From contig OY776328.1 in assembly GCA_963675515.1 (NCBI GenBank), forward strand, positions 750,001 through 782,000: a DNA stretch of 32,000 bases, given 5' to 3'. The translations under genes were made by a program, and so were the position numbers. The number at the start of each line of letters is the position of its first letter. Position 1 is the first letter of the stretch. The DNA is from Coprobacillaceae bacterium (lineage in GTDB: Bacteria > Bacillota_I > Bacilli_A > Erysipelotrichales > Coprobacillaceae). Below the pieces are notes generated by a model. It did not search any database, was not told where the DNA came from, and saw nothing but the letters and a program-made list of their open reading frames with translations. Positions 1 to 10,617 of this stretch are shown one piece after another.

Positions 1-210
1 GGCGATTCCTACCGGGATCTTACGCGAATTGCCAATATTAACGAGGATCTTTGGTCGGAGCTTTTTTTGAACAACAAGGAAAACCTTATCAAAGCCATCG
101 GCCAGTTCGAAGCCCAGCTTGATCTGATCAAGGAGGCTTTGGAAAATGACGACAGCGCCAGACTCAAAGAATATTTCATTGAATCTTCGAAAAGAAGACA
201 AAAATTATAG
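1..210 (+). CDS. tyrA: prephenate dehydrogenase, C-terminal fragment (5' end lies outside the window)
   Basis: Frame 1 is open from base 1 to TAG at 208-210: GDSYRDLTRIANINEDLWSELFLNNKENLIKAIGQFEAQLDLIKEALENDDSARLKEYFIESSKRRQKL. The RD.TRIA...LW...N pattern matches the C-terminal domain of TyrA-type prephenate dehydrogenases. It is absent from the ORF track because there is no start codon in the window. Confidence 0.65.
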   Translation, partial: GDSYRDLTRIANINEDLWSELFLNNKENLIKAIGQFEAQLDLIKEALENDDSARLKEYFIESSKRRQKL

Positions 211-215
211 AATAC

Positions 216-275
216 AAAAACAGCCATGCGCCTGATCCTTTCATCGGATTTTGGATTCGCTTGGCTGTTTTTTTT
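216..275. terminator. bidirectional intrinsic terminator between convergent tyrA and pepV
   Basis: Long imperfect hairpin: CAGCCA (221-226) pairs with TGGCTG (262-267), with inner pairs GCG/CGC and GATCC/GGATT. It is flanked by an A-run at 216-220 and a T-run at 268-275. Confidence 0.6.
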
Positions 276-278
276 GAC

Positions 279-1643
279 TTAGTCCTTGATTATGTTGTAA
301 ATGGCCTTGCAGTATATCTCGGTTGCAATCATGAGATGTTCCACTGGAACGTTTTCGTTGTTGCCGTGGATCTTGTAATCGTAACCTTCAAACTCGATTC
401 CAAAAGCGACGCAGTTTGGCATCGATTTGGCGTAGGTGCCTCCGCCCATGGTCTGTGGGTGGTCATCCTTGCGGGTCACTTCCTGGTAGGCCTGGTGCAG
501 TTTGGTGATCAGTTCACTTTCAGGGTCGACGTATAGTCCCGGTGTGGTTGTGATCTTGGCTTCCAATAGATGAGAGGCCGTGATTTTTTTGATCTGGTCT
601 GACATCTTGTTGAAGTCAATCTCATGGCTGGCGCGGATATCCAGGGTCAGGTTGAGTTGTTTGTCCTTGTATCCGACAACTCCCACATTCATGGTAAGAT
701 CGCCCATCAGGCCGGTATGATTGATTTTAAGACCGATTCCATTGTAATCGCTCATATTGTCAGCTATTAATTTTATCAGGTCGTTGTCGATCTCATTTAC
801 AAGATACAACGCAAGATAACTGATGGCATTTCTGCCTTCGTGGGGCAGGGAGGCATGGGCTGATTTTCCTTTGAGGATCAGGCGGGTATGGTTGCCTTCC
901 TCTTCGCAGGTCCCATCAAGATGGTTTCTTTCCAGGAAATCATTGAATGATTTGAGATAGTCCTTGTAATTGCCCTCGACTATCGCGATCACTTCCTCGG
1001 GAACGATGTTCGCCCTTTTGCCCGCAAACATCGAAATCAAGCCTTGGTTGGCCACTGTTCCGGTGATGTTGACTGTAGCCATCGCTTTTTCTCCGTAAAC
1101 AACCGGGAAAGAGGCATCGGGCGTGAACCCCATTTCCGGAAACGGCATCTTGGTGAAGTAGTGTTTGACGCATTTGGAACCAAGTTCTTCATTGCATCCG
1201 AAAATCACCCGCATTTTCATCTTGGTGTCAAGGTTCATCCTGTTTATTATCTTGCAGGCGTAGTACCCAGCCAAAAGTGCGCCCTTGTCATCGACAACTC
1301 CACGACCATAGAGGATCTCGTTGTCCCGTTTCATGACGAATGGGTCGCTGTCCCACCCGATATCGTTAACCGGTACGACATCGAGATGCCCCAGTACGCC
1401 GAACGTTTTTTCACCGGCACCGATGTCGATATGGCCGGCATATCCGTCAACATCGGCGGTATCGAAGCCGTCGCGCTTGCCGATTGCCAGCATCGCATCG
1501 AGTACATCCCGGTTGGCTTTTCCAAACGGCTGATTTTCCTTGGCGGTGCTGTCGTCCTGGACGGACGGGTAGGATACCAATGCCGCCAAATCATTTATCA
1601 AATTTTCTTTTTCTTTTTCAATTTCAGATCTAAAGTCTATCAT
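279..1643 (-). CDS. pepV: M20-family dipeptidase (PepV-type)
   Basis: Motifs FGVLGHLDVVPV, WDSDPF and GRGVVDDKG, with a length of about 454 aa. I chose the start MIDFRSEI at 1643 because it has the RBS AGAGGTG 7 nt upstream. The promoter at 1671-1699 lies inside the longer track ORF (279..1715). Confidence 0.85.
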   Translation of the reverse strand: MIDFRSEIEKEKENLINDLAALVSYPSVQDDSTAKENQPFGKANRDVLDAMLAIGKRDGFDTADVDGYAGHIDIGAGEKTFGVLGHLDVVPVNDIGWDSDPFVMKRDNEILYGRGVVDDKGALLAGYYACKIINRMNLDTKMKMRVIFGCNEELGSKCVKHYFTKMPFPEMGFTPDASFPVVYGEKAMATVNITGTVANQGLISMFAGKRANIVPEEVIAIVEGNYKDYLKSFNDFLERNHLDGTCEEEGNHTRLILKGKSAHASLPHEGRNAISYLALYLVNEIDNDLIKLIADNMSDYNGIGLKINHTGLMGDLTMNVGVVGYKDKQLNLTLDIRASHEIDFNKMSDQIKKITASHLLEAKITTTPGLYVDPESELITKLHQAYQEVTRKDDHPQTMGGGTYAKSMPNCVAFGIEFEGYDYKIHGNNENVPVEHLMIATEIYCKAIYNIIKD

Positions 1644-1670
1644 TTTATTCACCTCTTGAAATCTAGTGAC

Positions 1671-1699
1671 ATTATAGCACAAATGTTTTGGGTATGTAA
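1671..1699 (-). promoter_or_regulatory. sigma70-type promoter for pepV
   Basis: On the minus strand: TTACAT, 17 nt, TATAAT, with TGc directly upstream of the -10 (extended -10). Confidence 0.5.
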
Positions 1700-1791
1700 A
1701 AACAATTGAAAACAAAAAATATGATATTTAGATGGATTTTTTTTGCCTTTTGGACCGCTTTTTTGTTAAAATAAGACAAGGAGGATTTTTT

Positions 1792-2202
1792 ATGAGCTAT
1801 ATCCATATCACCGTTAAAGCAGTAATTATCTATGATAATAAAATCCTTTTGTTGAAAAGAACCCGGCCCTCATCTGACGGGCTTGGAGTCTACGAACTTC
1901 CTGGGGGAGGTTTGGTTGAAGGTGAAAGTTTTGATGAAGCCATCCATCGGGAAGTATTTGAAGAAACCGGGTTGGCTGTGGATATTTTGGAACCGGCATA
2001 TACGTTCAGGCATATCCGGTCCGGTTATTGTGGTTTGGGGCTGGGATTTTTGTGTCAGGCCCAGTGTGAGACAGTGGCGATCTCGTTCGAGCACGAAGAC
2101 TACCTTTTTGCAAGCCTGGCTCAAGCCGAAAAATTATTGAACAAGGAGATTTTTTCAGACGTTAAAAACGCCTATGACAAATATATAAGAAACTATGAAT
2201 GA
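1792..2202 (+). CDS. NUDIX hydrolase
   Basis: Nudix box GGGLVEGESFDEAIHREVFEETGL. I chose the start MSYIHI at 1792, which follows AAGGAGG. The track ORF starts earlier, at 1732. Confidence 0.8.
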   Translation: MSYIHITVKAVIIYDNKILLLKRTRPSSDGLGVYELPGGGLVEGESFDEAIHREVFEETGLAVDILEPAYTFRHIRSGYCGLGLGFLCQAQCETVAISFEHEDYLFASLAQAEKLLNKEIFSDVKNAYDKYIRNYE

Positions 2203-4336
2203 AAATATTATCAAGCAATGTGCAACAGAATTGAATATCAACACCAAACAAGTAAAAGCGGTATTATCGCTTTTGGAAGACGGGGCGACCGTACCTTTTA
2301 TCGCCCGCTACCGCAAGGAAGCTACCGGCGGTCTCGATGAGGACCAGATCCGGGAAATCGACAAGTATTACCAATACCAGGTAAGCCTGATTGCCCGCAA
2401 AGAGGATGTGGTCCGCCTGATCGATGAAAAGGGCATGCTCAACGAGCAGCTTCAAAAAGACATCATGAAAGCGACCACCCTGGCTGAAGTTGAGGACTAC
2501 TATAGACCATACAAGGAAAAGAGGAAGACCAGGGCCACCGAAGCCAAAAAGCTAGGCTTGGAACCTCTGGCCTTGTATCTTCTTTCATTGCCTCGAAGCG
2601 GAAATGTCGAAAAGAAGGCGGCTGAATTTCTAAGCGAGGAAGTGGCCACGACCCAGGACGCCCTGAATGGGGCGATGGACATCATCGCCGAGATCATCGC
2701 CGATGATATCAAATACCGCAAGAGCCTCAAAGAGACTATTTACCGCTATGGTTTTATCGTTACCAAGGAGAAAAGCAAGAACCCCGACCAGGACAAGGTC
2801 TTCGAGATGTATTACGATTACCGGGAAAAAGTTCAGTTCATCGTGGCCCACCGGATCCTGGCGGTAAACCGCGCCGAAAGCGAAAAGGCGATCACAGTGA
2901 ACATCGAAATCGACAAGGAAAAGACGGTCGAATATATCTACAATGGAATGACCAAAAGAAGACCGACAATTGCCGGTGAGTACATTCATCAGGCCATCCA
3001 GGATTGCTACACGCGGCTGCTGTTCCCGTCGATCGTGCGGGAAGTCCGCAATGAGCTAAGCGAAAAGGCTCAGGAACAGGCATTGAAGGTGTTCTCGGTC
3101 AATCTTGAGAGCCTCCTGCTTCAGGCTCCTTTGAAAGGGAAATTCGTTCTTGGAGTAGATCCGGGCTATCGCACCGGGTGCAAACTAGCTGTAGTGGATC
3201 CCACTGGCAAGGTTCTTGCCATCGACAAGTGCTTCATCACCCTGCCCAAATCTGACTATCAAAAAGACATCAGGACCCTGCTTCATCTGATCAGGGATTA
3301 CAAGGTGGAGATCATCGCAATCGGCAACGGTACGGGATCAAGGGAATCGGAAAGCTTCATTGCCAAACTGATCAAGGACAACAAACTCAATGTCGATTAT
3401 GCGATCGTTTCGGAAGCCGGAGCTTCGGTCTACTCGGCAAGTCCTCTTGCCAAGGAGGAATTTCCGGACTACCAGGTGGAAGAAAGATCGGCGGTCTCGA
3501 TTGCCAGAAGGCTTCAGGATCCTTTAGGCGAGCTGGTCAAGATCGAACCCCGCTCGATCTCCGTCGGGCAGTACCAGCATGACATGCCGGCCAAGCAACT
3601 TGATGAACAGCTGGAATTCGTGGTCACCAAGGCGGTCAACAATGTCGGCGTCGACATCAACACCGCTTCGTTCTCGCTCCTTAGCTATGTTGCGGGGATC
3701 TCGAAAAATGTCGCCAAGAACATCGTGAATTATCGCGATGAATTCGGACGCTACAAGAACCGGGACCAGATCAAGAAGGTGCCAAAACTCGGGCCCAAGA
3801 CTTTTGAGCAGGCGGTTGGATTTTTGCGCATCAATGATGGTGACAATCCTCTAGACAAGACCGGTATCCATCCGGAGAACTATGCCCAGGCAAAGGCGCT
3901 GCTCCAGGTGCTCAAAGTCAATGTCAATGACATCGGAACCGACCTGATCAAGGATAAGCTTCAAAAAACAGACTTGGAACCGGTGCGCCAGGATCTTAAT
4001 ATCGACAAGTACACCTTCGAGGAAATTGTCGAGTCATTCAAGAAACCGAACCGTTCGATCCGTGACGAATATCCGACGCCTCTTTTGAAAAAGGATGTTC
4101 TGACACTCGAGGATCTAAAAGCAGGAATGGTCCTTGAAGGGACTGTCCGCAACGTCGTGGATTTCGGGGCCTTTGTCGACATCGGACTAAAAAACGACGG
4201 ATTGGTACACAAATCCCAGCTGCCTAAAAAGGTCAACCATCCCCTCGACATTGTCAATATCGGCGACATCGTCAAAGTAAAGGTGCTGGAAATCGACAGC
4301 AAGAAAAAAAGGGTTGCTTTGACCATGAAAGATTAG
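2195..4336 (+). CDS. tex: Tex-like transcription accessory protein (YqgF/RuvC-like, HhH and C-terminal S1 domains)
   Basis: 713 aa. N-terminus VPFIARYRKEATGGLDE, a YqgF-like core GVDPGYRTGCKLAVVD and a C-terminal S1 domain GTVRNVVDFGAFVDIG...VHKSQL. Its start overlaps the NUDIX stop by 8 nt. Confidence 0.9.
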   Translation: MNENIIKQCATELNINTKQVKAVLSLLEDGATVPFIARYRKEATGGLDEDQIREIDKYYQYQVSLIARKEDVVRLIDEKGMLNEQLQKDIMKATTLAEVEDYYRPYKEKRKTRATEAKKLGLEPLALYLLSLPRSGNVEKKAAEFLSEEVATTQDALNGAMDIIAEIIADDIKYRKSLKETIYRYGFIVTKEKSKNPDQDKVFEMYYDYREKVQFIVAHRILAVNRAESEKAITVNIEIDKEKTVEYIYNGMTKRRPTIAGEYIHQAIQDCYTRLLFPSIVREVRNELSEKAQEQALKVFSVNLESLLLQAPLKGKFVLGVDPGYRTGCKLAVVDPTGKVLAIDKCFITLPKSDYQKDIRTLLHLIRDYKVEIIAIGNGTGSRESESFIAKLIKDNKLNVDYAIVSEAGASVYSASPLAKEEFPDYQVEERSAVSIARRLQDPLGELVKIEPRSISVGQYQHDMPAKQLDEQLEFVVTKAVNNVGVDINTASFSLLSYVAGISKNVAKNIVNYRDEFGRYKNRDQIKKVPKLGPKTFEQAVGFLRINDGDNPLDKTGIHPENYAQAKALLQVLKVNVNDIGTDLIKDKLQKTDLEPVRQDLNIDKYTFEEIVESFKKPNRSIRDEYPTPLLKKDVLTLEDLKAGMVLEGTVRNVVDFGAFVDIGLKNDGLVHKSQLPKKVNHPLDIVNIGDIVKVKVLEIDSKKKRVALTMKD

Positions 4337-4357
4337 CGCATAATAGTTGCATCTAAT

Positions 4358-4389
4358 AACAAGTCAACCAAATTCTAGGTTGACTTGTT
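4358..4389. terminator. bidirectional terminator hairpin between tex and the 155-aa ORF
   Basis: Perfect 12-bp stem AACAAGTCAACC (4358-4369) pairing with GGTTGACTTGTT (4378-4389), with an 8-nt loop. Confidence 0.7.
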
Positions 4390-4427
4390 TGTCTTATTGG
4401 AATCAAAACAAAAACCGACCGTGAGGG

Positions 4428-4895
4428 TCAGTTCAGGTTGCTGTAGTCGAGAATCTTCGTTATGTTTTCGTCGATCCGGTCGATTACCGTATAGAGGAGA
4501 TAGTGATTGGCATCGTGGTGTTTTACGAGCTGCTTTGTTCCAATCTTGGGAAGTTCGACGATTTCGTTGTCAAATCCCAGTTGGCCTGTAGAGGTGATTC
4601 CAAACGACTTCATGTCGATGTAGATCATCTTAGTGATCTCGTCAATCAAAAGGTGGCCGATCATCAGGCCGTAGTTTATCTTGACATCCAGAAGTGAGTA
4701 TCCCCCGGCAAGGTATTGCGTCTCATAGGCGAAGTTGACTTTATCGTAGGTCCGCCTCATCTTTGAATAAATTTCCATCATATTCAATTTATCCAGTTCC
4801 ATAAATGTCAAAGAAGGGACGAAATAGTCGGTTGAGGTTTGCCGCAGATTGATAATTTCCAGTAATTCTTCCAAAGTTAAAATTGTTTTCATCAT
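4428..4895 (-). CDS. hypothetical protein, 155 aa, no family recognised
   Basis: Clean ORF with RBS AGGAGG immediately upstream of ATGATG and its own terminator at 4358-4389. I recognise no motif in it. Confidence 0.55.
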   Translation of the reverse strand: MMKTILTLEELLEIINLRQTSTDYFVPSLTFMELDKLNMMEIYSKMRRTYDKVNFAYETQYLAGGYSLLDVKINYGLMIGHLLIDEITKMIYIDMKSFGITSTGQLGFDNEIVELPKIGTKQLVKHHDANHYLLYTVIDRIDENITKILDYSNLN

Positions 4896-4988
4896 ATGCC
4901 TCCTAGTACATTATGATAGACTCATTTGTTTGAAGATGCAACCAATACCGTCCTTAAGTGAACGGATGTAAAAAAATTGAATTTATAC

Positions 4989-5017
4989 TTGCATTATTCC
5001 TCCATATGTCATATACT
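4989..5017 (+). promoter_or_regulatory. promoter of tRNA-Leu copy 1
   Basis: TTGCAT (4989-4994), 17 nt, TATACT (5012-5017). This sits about 20 nt upstream of the tRNA 5' end. Confidence 0.55.
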
Positions 5018-5036
5018 AATCAAGTACCGCAAAGCT

Positions 5037-5121
5037 GCCCGGGTGGCGAAATTGGTATACGCACTTGACTCAAAATCAAGCGAAGAAATTCATGCCGGTT
5101 CGAGTCCGGCTTCGGGCACCA
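5037..5121 (+). tRNA. tRNA-Leu(CAA), type II with long variable arm, CCA encoded
   Basis: Acceptor stem GCCCGGG pairs with CTTCGGGC. The anticodon stem-loop is CTTGA-CTCAAAA-TCAAG, giving anticodon CAA. It has a long variable arm, a T-arm GGTTCGAGTCC and a 3' ACCA. Confidence 0.9.
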
Positions 5122-5137
5122 TTTAAATAAAAATCGA

Positions 5138-5178
5138 GGCTAGCAATGAGGAATCATCTTCAGTTGCTGGTCTTTTTT
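5138..5178 (+). terminator. intrinsic terminator after tRNA-Leu copy 1
   Basis: Stem GGCTAGCAA (5138-5146) pairs with TTGCTGGTC (5164-5172), followed by a T-run at 5173-5178. Confidence 0.6.
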
Positions 5179-5252
5179 ATTTTTTAAATCAATCAAAAAC
5201 TTAACTGTAAAATCCGACTGGAAATTGATTCATCCGATAATGAAAATTTTGC

Positions 5253-5281
5253 TTGCATTATTCCTCCATATGTCATATACT
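5253..5281 (+). promoter_or_regulatory. promoter of tRNA-Leu copy 2
   Basis: The same TTGCAT, 17 nt, TATACT arrangement as copy 1. Confidence 0.55.
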
Positions 5282-5300
5282 AATCAAGTACCGCAAAGCT

Positions 5301-5385
5301 GCCCGGGTGGCGAAATTGGTATACGCACTTGACTCAAAATCAAGCGAAGAAATTCATGCCGGTTCGAGTCCGGCTTCGGGCACCA
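5301..5385 (+). tRNA. tRNA-Leu(CAA), second identical copy
   Basis: Sequence is identical to 5037-5121. Confidence 0.9.
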
Positions 5386-5398
5386 TTTAAAAAGCAAG

Positions 5399-5440
5399 GC
5401 TTACGAATAAAGAATCCTCTTTAGTCGCTAAGCTTTTTTT
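5399..5440 (+). terminator. intrinsic terminator after tRNA-Leu copy 2
   Basis: Stem GCTTACGA (5399-5406) pairs with TCGCTAAGC (5425-5433) with one bulge, followed by a T-run at 5434-5440. Confidence 0.6.
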
Positions 5441-5470
5441 ATTATAATTATTATTAAGGGGGGACTGGCA

Positions 5471-6202
5471 ATGCATGTGGGTAAAAGTATATTCAAATCA
5501 GAAGACATAGCCAAGTTGAATGACTTGGAAAGTCGGGTCTTTCATTTTGTCTTGAACAACCATGAACTTGTGAGCTACCTGCCGATTCGCGATCTGGCTA
5601 AGAAGGCAGATGTTTCAACCAGTACGGTCCTGCGTTTCGTCAAGAAAATGGGTTTTTCCAGCTACAATGACTTCAAATATGCCTATCGGCAATACTGGCA
5701 AAGCGAGAGAAATTACGAAAAGGACTATGACTTCGCTGCGGTAACAAACTGCCTGGATAAATTCGGATCCGAATATTACCGGGATCTGTTCGATGATGCG
5801 TTGTCGCTGATAGTCCAAAGCAAGCATGTGCTTTTCATCGGCATCGGAAACAGCGCGACAACATGTCAATACGGGGCCCGGCGTTTCACTAATGCCGGAA
5901 GGATGTCGTTTGCATTAAGTGATCCATATATGGGAATTGGCCAGAATTACAAAGATGCAACTATTATAGTAGTCTCAATAAGTGGTCAGACCCGCGAGGT
6001 TGTCGACATTATCGCCAATGCCAAACAATACCACTGCAAAATCATCGCAATCACAACCAGCCCGGATTCTCCTTTGGCCAAATTGGCCGACCTGGTAATT
6101 CCCACCTACGTCAACAAGATCGGGGTTGTCGGATTTGACATGACCAGCCAGATCCCGGCTATCGCCATAATTGAAAATCTTTCCACGATGAGTTTTAGCT
6201 GA
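5471..6202 (+). CDS. MurR/RpiR-family transcriptional regulator (HTH_6 + SIS domains)
   Basis: HTH segment IRDLAKKADVSTSTVLRFVKKMGFSSYNDFK and a SIS-like segment VLFIGIGNSATT...IIVVSISGQTREV. The RBS is AAGGGGGG. Confidence 0.85.
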   Translation: MHVGKSIFKSEDIAKLNDLESRVFHFVLNNHELVSYLPIRDLAKKADVSTSTVLRFVKKMGFSSYNDFKYAYRQYWQSERNYEKDYDFAAVTNCLDKFGSEYYRDLFDDALSLIVQSKHVLFIGIGNSATTCQYGARRFTNAGRMSFALSDPYMGIGQNYKDATIIVVSISGQTREVVDIIANAKQYHCKIIAITTSPDSPLAKLADLVIPTYVNKIGVVGFDMTSQIPAIAIIENLSTMSFS

Positions 6203-6372
6203 TAAAAACATCGTGTTTTTTTTATGTGACAGAAATCAAACTTTGATTGGTCTTGCTTGAATGGCTGGAGCTATTTATTTTTTGGTTAATTGCCCGTATA
6301 CTGTTATCAGATAAGAAAACACTTACATTCTTATCCGTTGTTTTGGCCAAACAATGTCAATGGGAGAAAATT

Positions 6373-9151
<2,779 letters not shown>

Positions 9152-9166
9152 ATAAAGAGGTATGAT

Positions 9167-9814
9167 ATGAAAAAGTTATTAGGTAAAATCCGCAATGACC
9201 AGGTAAATGAACTGAATATGATAAAAAGGCTGATCGGTTATGGTCTTGACTGGTATATCGGAGCAGTCATCGCATCTCTGCCGATTATCATCATGTACAT
9301 GCTAAAAAATGATGAAGTCGGACTTGTGCCAATGAACTTGGCGGTCTTTGCGAGTCCTGATAACTTGATAGCCGGAGGTTTGTCTTTTATCGTGGCGATC
9401 GGGTACTATGCGATGGTGCCGGCATTTGTCTGGCCGGGCCAGACGCTTGGCAAGAAACTGTTGCATCTAAAAATTGTGGCCAACGATTGCCGTCAAGCAA
9501 ATTTCAAACAGATTCTCGGCCGTCAGGTTCTGGCAATCTTGATTGTCGAGGGGAGTGTCTACTCAATAAGCAATATTTTGCATCAGATGCTGACGATTGT
9601 TTTCAAAGTGGATGTCGCAGCGATCTATGGCCAGGTCGGATTGGCGCTGACGGTTGTTTCGGTTGCCCTGGCTTTGCTTCTCAAATCGAAACGGGCGCTT
9701 CATGATCTCATGGCGGGTACCCGGGTTGTTGATACTGGGGCTATCAGCTACCAAAACAGTCAAAAGAAGATAAGGAAGGCTGACAAGAATCAGCTTCGTT
9801 TTTCAAAAGGATAA
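9167..9814 (+). CDS. RDD-family membrane protein
   Basis: N-terminal R..(G)LD segment KRLIGYGLDWYIG, a C-terminal LHDLMAGTRVVD, and three or four hydrophobic spans. Confidence 0.7.
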   Translation: MKKLLGKIRNDQVNELNMIKRLIGYGLDWYIGAVIASLPIIIMYMLKNDEVGLVPMNLAVFASPDNLIAGGLSFIVAIGYYAMVPAFVWPGQTLGKKLLHLKIVANDCRQANFKQILGRQVLAILIVEGSVYSISNILHQMLTIVFKVDVAAIYGQVGLALTVVSVALALLLKSKRALHDLMAGTRVVDTGAISYQNSQKKIRKADKNQLRFSKG

Positions 9815-9836
9815 TCTATGTTTATCCTTTTTTTTG
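9805..9836 (+). terminator. intrinsic terminator after the RDD gene
   Basis: AAAAGGATAA (9805-9814) pairs with TTATCCTTTT (9822-9831), followed by more T. The hairpin overlaps the stop codon. Confidence 0.65.
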
Positions 9837-9861
9837 TGATAAAATATTTACTGGTGATAAT

Positions 9862-10617
9862 ATGGTAACGATAGATAAGATAAAACTCCTGAATGAACTT
9901 GAGTACCAGATATATCTGTATTTGGTCAACAACAAAGAAAACATAACTAATAAGAAGCTAAAGATGGTAGCTGATGAGCTCCATGTCTCACCATCGATGG
10001 TGACCAGGGTATTGCAAAAAATTGGTTTTGAAGGCTTCACCCAGTTCAAAGTCCAGCTGCGTCTTCAAGCCAGTCAAGACAGCGGGATACAGGAAAGCGG
10101 GATCAACTATCTGATAGACTATTTCAATAAGATGAACAAATCGGAGGCTTTGCAGCCGATCAGGGATGCGGCTAATCTGATGCACAAGGCGGCTGAAATC
10201 CTGTTTTTTGGCGTGGGCTTGTCTGGAGCAATGGGCAAATATGGGTCATATCTGTTCAACCGCAATGGAATCAAAAGCTTTGCGATTGAGGATTTTTCGC
10301 ATCGCTTTGATATCTACGATGAAAATACCTGCGTGGTTGTATTGACTATCAGTGGAGAAACAAAGGAAGTTAACGAACAAATCGGATCAATCAAGCAGGT
10401 TGGTGCCAAGGTGGTGGTGATCACCAATTCGCAAAATACGACAGCTGGCAAGTTGAGTGATGCCATAATCAGTTATTACGTGCCCAGTTCGAAGAACCGC
10501 TACTTCTATTCCGATGCGACCCAGGTACCGGTGATGTATATTTTCGAAACACTTATCAAGGAAATTAATGAATTAAAGGGACAAAAAGGAGATGTCGATG
10601 AAACTTACCATCAATGA
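9862..10617 (+). CDS. MurR/RpiR-family transcriptional regulator (second copy)
   Basis: HTH segment LKMVADELHVSPSMVTRVLQKIGFEGFTQFK and a SIS-like segment ILFFGVGLSGAM...VVVLTISGETKEV. Confidence 0.85.
   Translation: MVTIDKIKLLNELEYQIYLYLVNNKENITNKKLKMVADELHVSPSMVTRVLQKIGFEGFTQFKVQLRLQASQDSGIQESGINYLIDYFNKMNKSEALQPIRDAANLMHKAAEILFFGVGLSGAMGKYGSYLFNRNGIKSFAIEDFSHRFDIYDENTCVVVLTISGETKEVNEQIGSIKQVGAKVVVITNSQNTTAGKLSDAIISYYVPSSKNRYFYSDATQVPVMYIFETLIKEINELKGQKGDVDETYHQ

Larger units (their letters stand above)
4988..5127 (+). repeat. copy 1 of a 140-bp perfect direct repeat (promoter + tRNA-Leu)
   Basis: Identical base for base to 5252-5391, an offset of 264 bp. Confidence 0.9.
5252..5391 (+). 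repeat. copy 2 of the 140-bp perfect direct repeat
   Basis: Identical to 4988-5127. Confidence 0.9.

Noticed and set aside
9-227. 72-aa minus-strand ORF at the left edge
   Set aside because: It is the antisense shadow of the clearly TyrA-like + frame (1-210). It has no RBS and a low-complexity composition.
940-1709. Track ORFs overlapping pepV (940..1173 -, 1044..1709 +, 1321..1533 +, 1331..1594 -)
   Set aside because: They lie entirely inside or antisense to a well-supported dipeptidase gene. They show no motifs and no RBS, which is typical of shadow ORFs. The same reasoning applies to the many other nested or antisense ORFs in the track, for example 2630..2989, 11438..11989, 12144..12569, 13576..13986, 15116..15589, 18322..18759, 20604..21017, 22370..22942 and 23860..24456.
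6203-6372. RAT/antiterminator control or N-terminal extension of the EIIC gene (track start at 6247)
   Set aside because: No BglG/LicT-type antiterminator gene is present. The extension starts at a TTG with no RBS, while the ATG at 6373 has GGGAGA upstream and matches the usual EIIC N-terminus.
9834-9861. Promoter-like TTGTGA-17-(TGg)TGATAAT directly abutting the ATG of the second rpiR, which would suggest a leaderless mRNA
   Set aside because: The -10 would end at the base before the ATG, so the transcription start would fall inside the coding sequence. GGTGA more plausibly serves as a weak RBS, with transcription starting further upstream or reading through.
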